A stretch of 64,000 nt of DNA from Deltaproteobacteria bacterium (lineage in GTDB: Bacteria; Desulfobacterota; Binatia; Binatales; Binataceae): contig JAKAVC010000099.1 in assembly GCA_021817345.1 (NCBI GenBank), positions 18,338-82,337 on the forward strand, read 5' to 3'. The position numbers and the translations under genes are program-made. The stretch's first letter is position 1. Each line of letters opens with the position of its first letter. Below are positions 27,853 to 37,248 of the stretch, piece after piece. Below the pieces are notes generated by a model that did no database searches, had not been told where the DNA came from, and worked only from the letters and a program-made list of their open reading frames with translations.

Positions 27853-28779
27853 ATGGAGTTCGAGGACCAACTCGCGCGGAGAAAACACCAGCCGATGCAC
27901 AACTCATCCGCGTTCGCTCCGGTTGCGTGGCCCGATGAGCGGCTGACCGTCGCCAACCTCGGCCATGCGACGCTTCTTATGAATTTTTTCGGGGTCCGGC
28001 TGATAAGCGATCCGACGCTGTTCGAGAGGATTGGCGTTTCGCTGAATCCTTTTTTCACGCTGGGACCGAAGCGGATCGTCGCGCCTCCGCTTTCACCGCC
28101 CGAACTCACCCCTGTCGATGTCATCCTGATCACCCACGCGCACATGGACCATCTCGACATCCGTTCGCTCAAGGCGCTCCCGCGAAAAGCGGTCGTGGTC
28201 ACCGCCCGGGGATGCTCGCGGATAATCGGCCCGCTCGGTTACGGCGATGTGAGGGAACTCAGGTGGGGGGAAAGCACCGAGGTTTCAGGCCTCAGGATTA
28301 CCGCGATGGGCGCGCGCCATTGGGGCAAGCGATGGCCGCCGTTTGGAGCGGACTACGGGTTTGCGAGCTACGTACTCGAAAAGCAGGGCCGTCGGATGCT
28401 GCTCGCGTGCGACAGCGCGTACACGGAGCTTTTCAGCGAGCTCTCGCGCAAGCCGCCCGACGTTGCGGCGTTTTCGATAAGCGCGTACAACCCCTTCATC
28501 TGGAATCACGCCAATCCCGAGGAAGTCTGGCGGATGTTCGTAGAGAGCGGCGCCAACCACCTGATTCCGATCCACTGGGGCACGTTCCGGCTGTCGAGGG
28601 AACCGATGCACGAACCGATGGCGCGGCTGATGGCGGCGGCCGGCGACGAAGAGGAGCGAATCGTTATCAGAAAAATCGGCGGCGCATGGAGCCTGCCGAA
28701 AGCGCACGGCGCGAGAGTGCTCGCGCCCGAGGCTGCGCCCGGCGGCGAGCCGCGGACCTCGACGCGAGAAACTCGATGA
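27853..28779 (+). CDS. MBL-fold metallo-hydrolase
   Basis: ILITHAHMDHLD (HxHxDH), followed by distal His/Asp ligands (IPIHWGTF). Confidence 0.75.
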   Translation: MEFEDQLARRKHQPMHNSSAFAPVAWPDERLTVANLGHATLLMNFFGVRLISDPTLFERIGVSLNPFFTLGPKRIVAPPLSPPELTPVDVILITHAHMDHLDIRSLKALPRKAVVVTARGCSRIIGPLGYGDVRELRWGESTEVSGLRITAMGARHWGKRWPPFGADYGFASYVLEKQGRRMLLACDSAYTELFSELSRKPPDVAAFSISAYNPFIWNHANPEEVWRMFVESGANHLIPIHWGTFRLSREPMHEPMARLMAAAGDEEERIVIRKIGGAWSLPKAHGARVLAPEAAPGGEPRTSTRETR

Positions 28780-28796
28780 GCCGGCGGGACGGGGGG

Positions 28797-30389
28797 TCAG
28801 ACCCGCTTTCGCTTTCGGGCGAGATAATCGACCAGCATGTACTCGCCCAGATGGTCGGGACGGGTGTAAAGCGCGCGTCCGCGATTGATCTGGGTCATTT
28901 TCTCCACGAACGCGCGCAGGCTCGGCGAATCGTCGAGCATGAAGGTGTTGATCGTGATGCCGCGGCGCGTGACCCGTTCGACCTCTTTGAGGGTTTCCTG
29001 CGCGGCCCGCATGCTGATACCGCCGAAAGACAGCGGCCACTCGCAGTAAAGACGCTTGTTGAGGAAGTAGGCGGTCGGCTGGCCGTCCGTGATCACGATA
29101 ACGTGCTGGTTGCGCGAGGGATGGCGCGACAGCAGGTCAGCGGCCAGGCGTAGTCCGTCTTGCAGATTGGTGAACGGGTCGCCCATGTTCCACGAGGCTT
29201 CGGGCAGGTCCTTGAGCTTCAACTCGACGGCGCGAGTGAAAAATCCCACTATCGAAAAGTAGTCGCGCGGGAATTTGGAGCGAATCAGCGTCTCCATCGC
29301 CATCGCGACCTTCTTCGCCGCGGCAAACCGCCCCTCCCAGCTCATCGACCACGACATGTCCAGGCACAGCACGGTCGACGACGAGGTGCCGAAATCGTTT
29401 TCGTAAATTTCGAAATCGTCGGGTCCAAGCTCCAGCGGCACGCCCGCCTTGCGCGTGAGCGCGTGCTTCAGCGTGCCGACCAGATTGATATTGAGCGGGT
29501 CGCCGTAGGTGTAGCGCTTGGTTTCGTCCGGACGAATCTCGGTTGTACCGCGATAATCCGTCGCATGGCCGCCGGCGCGATCCTTGAACAGGCTCTGGTA
29601 GATGTCGCGCAGCGCGAGCTGGCCGATTCGCCGCACGCCCTTGGGCGAGAGCTGGAAATGGTCGCCCTTGGGCATCACGTACCCGGACTCGCTCAGCAGC
29701 ACCATCACCTGCTTCAAGTTCTGGAAGTCCTGCAGCGCCTGCTGTCCGAGGATCTGCTGCAAGTCCTCGAGCGAGATGGTCTCGAAGTTGCCCGACATCA
29801 GGTCCTGTTCGAGCTGGCGCATCCGTTCCATCTCGCGCATGAGGTCGAGCGCCTCCTGGTAGCCGAGGCTCTTCGGCCCGTGGAACAGGTGTTGGTTGCG
29901 GTCGCGGAAATTTTCGAGGTCGCGGATATTCTCGTACTCGGAGAGCAGTTCGTCGAAGTCGGCCTTGGCCTGCTGGTCCTCGAACTGGTAGCTCTCGAGC
30001 TTGCGGATGGCCTCGGAAAGGCGGCGAGGGATGCGCTGAAGCTGGCGCTGCTTGTCCTCGACGCCGGGCTTTTTGTCGCGCAGCGAGTCGAGGGTCTGGC
30101 GCTCGCGGTTCAGAAGATCCTCGAGCTTGCGCTCCATCTCGGAGAGCGCGCCCTTCAGATTGAAATCGCGGTAGCGCTGGCGCATCTCCTGGCGAAGCTG
30201 CTCGATAAACTCGTCGAGCCCCATCACGCGCATCCCGTCGAAGTCCATCCCCTGGCGCATCATCCAGTCCATCGCCTGGCGGATGTCGTCGGTGTACGAC
30301 AGGTACTCAGCGAGCTTCTCGAAGACCTTGTCGGCATCGAGCCGTATCCGCTGGGTGCCGTCCCACTGGGTGTAGCGCGTGGTCGCCAT
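28797..30389 (-). CDS. VWA-domain protein with long acidic coiled-coil N-terminal region (ChlD C-terminal-half-like)
   Basis: The C-terminal VWA domain TVLCLDMSWSMSW...VIVITDGQPTA has the MIDAS DxSxS motif. The roughly 400-aa N-terminus is helical and rich in E/R/Q. The start was chosen at MATTRYTQWDG (30389) to avoid a 214-nt overlap. Confidence 0.7.
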   Translation of the reverse strand: MATTRYTQWDGTQRIRLDADKVFEKLAEYLSYTDDIRQAMDWMMRQGMDFDGMRVMGLDEFIEQLRQEMRQRYRDFNLKGALSEMERKLEDLLNRERQTLDSLRDKKPGVEDKQRQLQRIPRRLSEAIRKLESYQFEDQQAKADFDELLSEYENIRDLENFRDRNQHLFHGPKSLGYQEALDLMREMERMRQLEQDLMSGNFETISLEDLQQILGQQALQDFQNLKQVMVLLSESGYVMPKGDHFQLSPKGVRRIGQLALRDIYQSLFKDRAGGHATDYRGTTEIRPDETKRYTYGDPLNINLVGTLKHALTRKAGVPLELGPDDFEIYENDFGTSSSTVLCLDMSWSMSWEGRFAAAKKVAMAMETLIRSKFPRDYFSIVGFFTRAVELKLKDLPEASWNMGDPFTNLQDGLRLAADLLSRHPSRNQHVIVITDGQPTAYFLNKRLYCEWPLSFGGISMRAAQETLKEVERVTRRGITINTFMLDDSPSLRAFVEKMTQINRGRALYTRPDHLGEYMLVDYLARKRKRV

Positions 30390-30403
30390 CGCATGCGCCC
30401 GTC

Positions 30404-31819
30404 TCAGGCGTGGTAGGAGAAGCGCCCTCCTTCGCGATCCTTGTTGAGCTTCTGATGAAGATGCAGGCCCTCGAAGATAAACTCGCTCGCCGCCGCCATC
30501 AGGCCCGGCGTCTCGAGCGGGCCGATCGAATCGATCGCCTCCCTGAGTCCGGCAATCTCGCGGATCGGCTCCATGTACTCGGAGGCGGGCGCGGTATCGG
30601 AAACCTCGACGCCCCATCCCTGCTCGAAGTAGCCGATCACCTGCTTCAGATTGGCATCGTCGAGCTTGAAGTGATGGTCGAAGACCTTGAGCACGGCGCG
30701 GTTGACGAGGCGCTCGATCAGGTCCTCCTCCTTCTTGTCCTCGCCGACGTATTCGAGTTCTATCTTGCCGGCGGTCGAGGCGTACAGCGAATGCAGGTCG
30801 GAAAGGCGCGGGACGATCTCGTGCTCGCCGTTTATGACCGCGCGCTTCTCCGCGTTGGAGAGCACCGACTCGAAATTGTTGATCGTGACCCTGACGGAGA
30901 CGCCTGAATTCTGGTTGATCTCGTTGGAGGCGCGCGCCTCGAAGGTTATCTGCGCGACGATCTCCTTCATGAACTGAGGCACCCGAAGCGCCATCGCCTC
31001 CGGCGCCGGATAGGCCGCCTCCTGCTCCATGATCGTGATCTCGTGCTCGCGGGTCTTCGGGTAATGGGTCCGGATTTGGACGTCGAAGCGATCCTTGAGC
31101 GGGGTGATGATGCGCCCGCGCGAGGTGTAGTCCTCCGGATTCGCGCTGGCCACGAAAATCATGTCTATCGGGAGCCGGATCTTGTAGCCCTTTATCTGGA
31201 CGTCCTTTTCCTCCATCAGGTTGAACAGCCCGACCTGCACCTTCTCGGTGAGGTCGGGAAGCTCATTGATGGCGAAAATTCCGCGATTGGTGCGCGGGAT
31301 GAGTCCGTAATGGATGGTCTCCTCGTCGGCCAGATAGCGCCCCTCGGCCACCTTGATCGGATCGATTTCGCCGATCAGGTCGGCAACCGAAACGTCGGGA
31401 GTCGCAAGCTTTTCGGCGTAGCGATGCTCGCGGCCGATCCAGACGATCTCGAGTTCGTCGCCCTTCTCGGCAAGTTTCCGCTTGCAGCCCTGGCAGATCG
31501 GCTCGTATGGATTATCGTTGACCTCGCATCCCTTGACCGCCGGAACATATTCGTCGAGCAGCAGGGCAAGCGAGCGGATAATTCGCGACTTGGCCTGTCC
31601 GCGTTCTCCGAGGAAGACCATGTGATGGCCGGCCAGGATACCGTTTTCGATCTCGGGCAGAACCGTGTCGTCGTAGCCGACGACGCCCGCGATGGCTCTT
31701 TCGCGCCGGCGCAGGCGGTCGAGCAGATTGTCCCGCATCTCGAGACGCACCGGCTTGACCTTGTAGCCGGACCGCTTGAGATCCCCGAGTGTATGTAGAT
31801 TCAGCAGCGTTTGGTCCAT
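30404..31819 (-). CDS. ChlI/BchI-family (Mg-chelatase-like) AAA+ protein with deviant Walker A/B
   Basis: It is collinear with BchI: VKGCEV resembles VEGCPV, and VSVADLIGEIDP...LIPRTNRG resembles VVDLPLGVSEDR...LLARANRG. The sensor-1 motif is ASANPED and the Arg-finger is PLKDRF. Walker A reads GERGQAKS (A replaces the second Gly) and Walker B reads FAINE (Asn instead of Asp). A CQGC insert is present. Confidence 0.75.
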   Translation of the reverse strand: MDQTLLNLHTLGDLKRSGYKVKPVRLEMRDNLLDRLRRRERAIAGVVGYDDTVLPEIENGILAGHHMVFLGERGQAKSRIIRSLALLLDEYVPAVKGCEVNDNPYEPICQGCKRKLAEKGDELEIVWIGREHRYAEKLATPDVSVADLIGEIDPIKVAEGRYLADEETIHYGLIPRTNRGIFAINELPDLTEKVQVGLFNLMEEKDVQIKGYKIRLPIDMIFVASANPEDYTSRGRIITPLKDRFDVQIRTHYPKTREHEITIMEQEAAYPAPEAMALRVPQFMKEIVAQITFEARASNEINQNSGVSVRVTINNFESVLSNAEKRAVINGEHEIVPRLSDLHSLYASTAGKIELEYVGEDKKEEDLIERLVNRAVLKVFDHHFKLDDANLKQVIGYFEQGWGVEVSDTAPASEYMEPIREIAGLREAIDSIGPLETPGLMAAASEFIFEGLHLHQKLNKDREGGRFSYHA

Positions 31820-31844
31820 GTGGGATTCCGCCGGGTGTCACTAT

Positions 31845-32387
31845 TTAGGATATTGCAGTTCGGATCCCTTTGAAAAGCGGGGCAAGCGTTCTGAAGCTTT
31901 CCGTAAGGTGCTGCGAGATAACGCGCGTCCCGCTGAGCACCGGCATGAAATTCGTGTCGCCGTCCCATCTCGGGACGACGTGCCAATGCAAATGCTCGGC
32001 GAATCCGGCTCCCGCAATGCGGCCGATATTGGCCCCGACGTTGAAACCGGCGGGGGAAAGCGCCTTTCTAAGCCGCTCGATCGAAGAGGAAACCAGTTCG
32101 GCGAGCAGCGCCCGCTCGGCCTCGGTGAGCAGCTCGGGCGTGGCGAGATGACGGCGGGGCGCCACCATCAGATGGCCGTTGTTGTAGGGGTAGCGATTCA
32201 GCATCACGAGCGCGTCGGCGTCCTGATGAAGGACGAGCCGGCTCCTGCGCTCGGCGGCGCTCAGCTTGCCCACGCAGAAAATGCATCGCTGGCCGCCCGA
32301 GACCGCGCGGCGGATATAGGCGGAACGCCACGGCGCCCACAGTTCAAGGGCGCTGCGTTCGCTACCGTGCCCGCCGCTCCGCGCCAT
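31845..32387 (-). CDS. HIT-family (histidine triad) hydrolase
   Basis: The HIT motif is HLHWHVVPRW and the N-terminus is ..WAPWR..Y..CIFC. Confidence 0.75.
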   Translation of the reverse strand: MARSGGHGSERSALELWAPWRSAYIRRAVSGGQRCIFCVGKLSAAERRSRLVLHQDADALVMLNRYPYNNGHLMVAPRRHLATPELLTEAERALLAELVSSSIERLRKALSPAGFNVGANIGRIAGAGFAEHLHWHVVPRWDGDTNFMPVLSGTRVISQHLTESFRTLAPLFKGIRTAIS

Positions 32388-32658
32388 TTACCTCTGTCCG
32401 GAGTTCCTTGCCCGGGCGAAAGAATGGAAATCTCTTGGCTTCAACGCGCACCGATTCGCCGGTTTTGGGGTTGCGTCCCTGGCGGGCCGCGCGGGGTTTT
32501 ACCCCGAAGGTTCCGAATCCGCGAATTTCTATCCGATCGCCGCGCGCCAGCACCTCCGCCATCGCGTCGAACATCGCATTGACGATGGTTTCCGACTCAC
32601 GATGCGAAAACTTCCGGCACCGGTTGAGAAGCTCCTCGATGATCCCCCGTTTGGTCAT
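32362..32658 (-). CDS. ihfB: Integration host factor / HU-family DNA-binding protein (ihfB by position after rpsA)
   Basis: MTKRGIIEEL...RIEIRGFGTFGVKPRAARQGRNPKTGESV is present. The cmk-rpsA-ihfB synteny is conserved. The start was taken at MTKRG (32658). Confidence 0.75.
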   Translation of the reverse strand: MTKRGIIEELLNRCRKFSHRESETIVNAMFDAMAEVLARGDRIEIRGFGTFGVKPRAARQGRNPKTGESVRVEAKRFPFFRPGKELRTEVNGAERRAR

Positions 32659-32701
32659 CGACAGCGAACCATCCGAATCGTCGCCGCTCGGGCGGGCGCG
32701 C

Positions 32702-34456
32702 CTAGCGGTCGCGTCCGCGTCCCGCACGTGATGCTCCGCGCTCGCCGCCGTTCTCGTCGCGGTCGAGCCTTAACTCCTCATTAAGAATGTCTTCCATCGA
32801 AAAGCGCGCCGCTTCGCGCTCGCGGCGCAGGTAGGCCTGCATCTCCTCGCGCTCCTCGTGCTGCTTGAGCGCCTTGATCGAGAGGCCGATACGCCGTTCC
32901 TTGGGTTCGACCTGCACCACCAGGGCCTCGACCTCGTCTCCGACCTTGAACAGCGACGACGGCTTGTCGACCCGCTCCGAACTCAACTGGGAAATGTGGA
33001 TCAGGCCCTCGATCCCTTCCTCGAGTTCCACGAACACGCCGAAGTCCGCGATCGAGCTAACCTTGCCCTTGACCCTGGTATTGAGCGGATAGCGCTCGGC
33101 GATAGTGTCCCACGGATCGGAGCCGAGCTGTTTCACGCCCAGGCTGACGCGCTCGTTCTCGACGTCGATGCCGAGTACGACCGCCTCGATCTCGTCACCC
33201 TTCTTCGCCACTTCGGAGGGGTGACGGACTTTCTTGGTCCAGGAAAGATCCGAGATGTGAACCAGGCCATCGATCCCGGGCTCGATCTCGACGAATATTC
33301 CGAAGTCGGTGATCGACTTGACCTTGCCCTTGACCCTGCTGCCCACCGGATGCACCTGGGCGAGCGCCTGCCACGGATTGGGCTCGGTCTGCTTGAGCCC
33401 GAGCGAGATGCGCCGGTTGGCTTCGTCGACCCCAAGCACCTGGACTTCCACCTCGTCGCCGGGATTGACCAGCTTGGAGGGATGAACCGTGCGCTTGCTC
33501 CAGGTCATCTCGGATACGTGGATGAGCCCCTCGACGCCTTTCTCCAGCTCGACGAAGGCGCCGTAGTCGGTCACGCTGACGACCTTGCCCTTTATCCGCG
33601 CGCCCGGCGGATAGTTGTCGGCGACCTTGGTCCACGGGTCGGGCATGATCTGTTTCATCCCGAGCGAGACGCGCTCGCGCGACTGGTCGTACTTGAGAAC
33701 CACGACCTTGACCTTGTCGCCGACCTTGAGAACTTCGGAGGGATGCTGGATGCGCCCCCACGACATGTCCGTGATGTGAAGCAGGCCGTCGATTCCGCCG
33801 AGATCGATGAACGCGCCGTAATCGGTGATGTTCTTGACGGTGCCTTCGAGGATGACGCCCTCTTCGAGAACCCGAAGCGTCTGCTCCTTGAGTTCGGCGC
33901 GCTCGTGCTCCAAAACGCTGCGGCGCGACACGACCACGTTGCCGCGCGCGCGGTTGAACTTCAGTATCTGGAAGCGCCCGCGCTGACCGATATAGCGGTC
34001 AAGGTTGCGGGCGGGACGAACGTCGACATGGGAGCCGGGCAGAAAAGCCGGCACCCCGATATCCACCTTGAGGCCGCCTTTGACCTTGCCGAGGATGATT
34101 CCCTCGACCGGAGTCTCGGTTTGAAACGCGCGCTCCAGTTCCCGCCAGACCTTGAACTTCTCGGCCTTGGCGTGCGAGAGCATCACGGTGCCGCTTTCGC
34201 CCTCGGTGCCCTCGAAAAAGACATCGACCTCGTCGCCTTCCTTGACGGTGACGTTTCCTTCCGCGTCAAGGAACTCGACGAGCGGGACGCGGCCCTCGCA
34301 CTTGTAGTTGATATCCACAATGACGCTGTCGCGCGTGACGAGCAGGACCTTTCCGACCAGGACATCGCCGGGCCGGGGAGCCGTCAAACTCTCTTCGATC
34401 AACGACTCGAATTCATTGTCGCCTCCGCTCAACTTGTCAGGCAAAGCTTTCTCCAT
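32702..34456 (-). CDS. rpsA: 30S ribosomal protein S1
   Basis: There are six tandem S1 domains and it is 584 aa. Confidence 0.95.
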   Translation of the reverse strand: MEKALPDKLSGGDNEFESLIEESLTAPRPGDVLVGKVLLVTRDSVIVDINYKCEGRVPLVEFLDAEGNVTVKEGDEVDVFFEGTEGESGTVMLSHAKAEKFKVWRELERAFQTETPVEGIILGKVKGGLKVDIGVPAFLPGSHVDVRPARNLDRYIGQRGRFQILKFNRARGNVVVSRRSVLEHERAELKEQTLRVLEEGVILEGTVKNITDYGAFIDLGGIDGLLHITDMSWGRIQHPSEVLKVGDKVKVVVLKYDQSRERVSLGMKQIMPDPWTKVADNYPPGARIKGKVVSVTDYGAFVELEKGVEGLIHVSEMTWSKRTVHPSKLVNPGDEVEVQVLGVDEANRRISLGLKQTEPNPWQALAQVHPVGSRVKGKVKSITDFGIFVEIEPGIDGLVHISDLSWTKKVRHPSEVAKKGDEIEAVVLGIDVENERVSLGVKQLGSDPWDTIAERYPLNTRVKGKVSSIADFGVFVELEEGIEGLIHISQLSSERVDKPSSLFKVGDEVEALVVQVEPKERRIGLSIKALKQHEEREEMQAYLRREREAARFSMEDILNEELRLDRDENGGERGASRAGRGRDR

Positions 34457-34533
34457 GTGGTGGAACCTTCCGGGAAACTTCAGGACAGTAGCGATACTTA
34501 CAACCGGGATTCACCCGTTTCAAGTCCTTCTAA

Positions 34534-35211
34534 CTAAACCGCGGACCTGGACCGCACGCGGGTTCTGAGTTCTTCGACCACTTCCGTTATCGAAAGACCC
34601 GTCGTGTCGATCACTATCGCGTCATCGGCGCGCCGAAGCGGTGCGAGTTCCCGAGCGGTGTCGCGCCGGTCACGCTCGATAAGCTGGCTTAGCACTTCGC
34701 CACGATCGGCGGCGACACCTTTTTTTCGCAGTTCAGCCCATCGGCGCTCCGCGCGAACCTCAACCTGCGCATCGAGGTAAAACTTGAACTCCGCATCCGG
34801 AAACACCGCGGTGCCGATATCCCTTCCCTCCATCACGACCCCGCCCTTCTCTCCAGCCGCGCGCTGCAATTCGCGCATCCGCGCCCGCACCGGAGCAAGC
34901 GCGGAGAAACGTGAAGCAAGGTCACTGACTTCGGGATCTGAAATGATATTGGAAATATCGCGACCGTTGAGCGTTATCCGCTCGCCATCAATTTCGACGT
35001 GAACGGATTGTAACACAGACTCGACCCTTTTCTCCACACCTGGAGCGTCGGCTTTCACTCCCGCGTCGCGCAACGCGACCGCGACCGCCCGATACATCGC
35101 GCCCGTGTTCAGGTAGGTGAAGCCGAGCGCGCGCGCCAGTTCGCGCGCCACGGTTGACTTGCCCGCTCCGACCGGGCCGTCGATCGCGATTACCGGCCGC
35201 GTCCGTTTCAC
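34534..35211 (-). CDS. cmk: Cytidylate kinase
   Basis: IAIDGPVGAGKSTVARELARALGFTYLNTGAMYRA. Confidence 0.9.
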   Translation of the reverse strand: MKRTRPVIAIDGPVGAGKSTVARELARALGFTYLNTGAMYRAVAVALRDAGVKADAPGVEKRVESVLQSVHVEIDGERITLNGRDISNIISDPEVSDLASRFSALAPVRARMRELQRAAGEKGGVVMEGRDIGTAVFPDAEFKFYLDAQVEVRAERRWAELRKKGVAADRGEVLSQLIERDRRDTARELAPLRRADDAIVIDTTGLSITEVVEELRTRVRSRSAV

Positions 35212-36071
35212 TTGAGCCGCTCCCTCATCGCGCGCCCGCGCTCGAAAAGCGCGACCAGGCCGTCGGCGTCGCCCGCTTCGACCAGCCGCTCGAATTCGGC
35301 GAATTCGCGCCCGAACAGCCTCATCGCCGCAAGAATCGCCTCGCGATTGGTTAGACAGATATCACGCCACATCTCGGCGGACGACGCCGCGATACGGGTC
35401 GTGTCGCGAAGTCCGCCCGCCCCGAACTCCACCACCGGACGGCCCGCGACCCGCTCCCCGGCAAGCGCCGCCGCAAGGGCGCTTGCGACGAGCTGCGGCA
35501 GATGGCTTGCGCGCGCCAGTATCTGATCATGCACGCCGGGCTCCATCCGCTCGACCCTTGCGCCGGTCGCGCGCCACAACTCTTCCACCTTCGCGAGCGC
35601 TTCGGGCGTGCTGCGCGCCGAAGGCGTGACAATCACGCGGCGCTCGACGAACAGATCGCGCGTCGCCGCCGCAGCGCCGGTCGTCTCCTTGCCGGCCACC
35701 GGATGCACCGCGACGAGCGCCATCCCCGGCCTGAGCATCGGCTCCAGCTCGCGCACCACCCATCCCTTGACGCTTCCGACGTCGGTCACGACCGCGTCAT
35801 CGGGCAGATACGGAAGCATCGCGGCCAGCGTCTCGGGCATCGTGCGTATCGGCACCGCGAGCATGACCAAATCCGCTCCGCGCGCCGCCTCGGCGGGTTC
35901 GCGCGTTGCCGCATCGAGCATCCCGCGCTCCATCGCGACGTCGAGGTTCGGCTGGGTGCGGCCAAGCCCGACGATCCGTTCGACGAGCTTTTTCTCGCGC
36001 GCGACCATCGCGAGCGAGCCGCCAATCAGGCCCACGCCGCAAATCGTCATCTGTTTGAAGAGCGTTTTCAT
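35208..36071 (-). CDS. tyrA: Prephenate/arogenate dehydrogenase
   Basis: The NAD-binding N-terminus is ICGVGLIGGSLA. Its stop overlaps the cmk start by 4 bp. Confidence 0.8.
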   Translation of the reverse strand: MKTLFKQMTICGVGLIGGSLAMVAREKKLVERIVGLGRTQPNLDVAMERGMLDAATREPAEAARGADLVMLAVPIRTMPETLAAMLPYLPDDAVVTDVGSVKGWVVRELEPMLRPGMALVAVHPVAGKETTGAAAATRDLFVERRVIVTPSARSTPEALAKVEELWRATGARVERMEPGVHDQILARASHLPQLVASALAAALAGERVAGRPVVEFGAGGLRDTTRIAASSAEMWRDICLTNREAILAAMRLFGREFAEFERLVEAGDADGLVALFERGRAMRERLK

Positions 36072-36125
36072 CGAAAGCGCGGAAAAGCCGCGCGCGATGC
36101 GAGGCTCAAGCCTCCGTCGCGCCGC

Positions 36126-37220
36126 CTAAAGAACCTTCTTCAGCGCGGCGACGAGCTTGCGGTTTTCCTCGGGTAGCCCGACGCTTATCCGCACGTGACG
36201 CGGGTAGCCGTAGCCGTCCATCGGACGCACGATCACCCCCGCGCGAAGAAGTTTTTCGTACACGGCGCGCCCGCTGCCGACGTCGGCAAGGATGAAGTTC
36301 GCGTGACTCGGGACGTATGGGATTCCAAGCCGCTTGAACTCGCCTTCGAGGTAGCGAATCCCTTCGCTGTTGACCGCGAGCGTCCTGCGCACGTGCTCCT
36401 CGTCGTCCATCCCCGCCATCACCGCTATCTGCCCGAGCGAAGTGACGTTGAACGGCTGGCGCACCTTGTTGAGCAGGCTGATTATGTCCGGGCGCGCGAC
36501 CGCGTAGCCGACTCGAAGCCCCGCAAGGCCGAAAATCTTCGAAAAGGTGCGCAGCGTGACGAGCATGCGCGTGTCGTCATGATCCTCGAGCGAGTCGGGA
36601 TAGTCGGGATCGCTGACGAACTCGAAGTACGCCTCGTCCGCGACGATCACCATGCGCTCGGGAATCTGCTTAAGGAAACGCTTCCATTCGGCGCGCCCGT
36701 AGATGGTGCCGGTGGGATTGTTCGGGTTGCCGAGGAACACGATACGGGTGTTGTCATCGACAGCCGTCGCGATCGCGTCGAGGTCGAATGTGTACCCGTC
36801 GCGCATCGGGACAGCCTTGAGCGAGCCGCCGGCCGCCGCCGACGCGAGTTGATAGATGACGAACGCGTGCTCCGAGGAAACCGCGTTCAGCCCCGGCCGC
36901 AGGAACAGAAAGGCCAGCAGGTTGATTATCTCGCACGAGCCCGAGCCGATGAAGATGCGGTTGGGGTTGACCTTGTGGCGCGCCGCGATCTTGTGGACGA
37001 GCGCCCAGCTCCCGCCGTCGGGATAGCGGTTGAGTTCCGAAAGCGCGTCGCGAATCGCGCGCACGGCGAGCGGAGACGGTCCGATCGGGTTTTCGTTGGA
37101 GGCAAGCTTGACCGGCTCGGCAATTCCGAGTTCGCGCTGAACCTCCTCGATCGGCTTTCCCGGTTCGTACGGATGAATCGCCGCAACGCCGGGTTGAACG
37201 AGATCTTCGGGTTTAAACAA
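36126..37220 (-). CDS. hisC: Histidinol-phosphate aminotransferase
   Basis: LASNENPIGPSP and the class-II aminotransferase fold are present; the PLP Lys lies in FSKIFGLAGLRVGY. Confidence 0.85.
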   Translation of the reverse strand: MFKPEDLVQPGVAAIHPYEPGKPIEEVQRELGIAEPVKLASNENPIGPSPLAVRAIRDALSELNRYPDGGSWALVHKIAARHKVNPNRIFIGSGSCEIINLLAFLFLRPGLNAVSSEHAFVIYQLASAAAGGSLKAVPMRDGYTFDLDAIATAVDDNTRIVFLGNPNNPTGTIYGRAEWKRFLKQIPERMVIVADEAYFEFVSDPDYPDSLEDHDDTRMLVTLRTFSKIFGLAGLRVGYAVARPDIISLLNKVRQPFNVTSLGQIAVMAGMDDEEHVRRTLAVNSEGIRYLEGEFKRLGIPYVPSHANFILADVGSGRAVYEKLLRAGVIVRPMDGYGYPRHVRISVGLPEENRKLVAALKKVL

Positions 37221-37248
37221 GTTAAGAAACGGCCCTTTAGTCAGCCAT

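Noticed and set aside
32858-34537. 559-aa plus-strand ORF opposite rpsA
   Set aside because: rpsA, with six S1 domains, is unambiguous on the minus strand.
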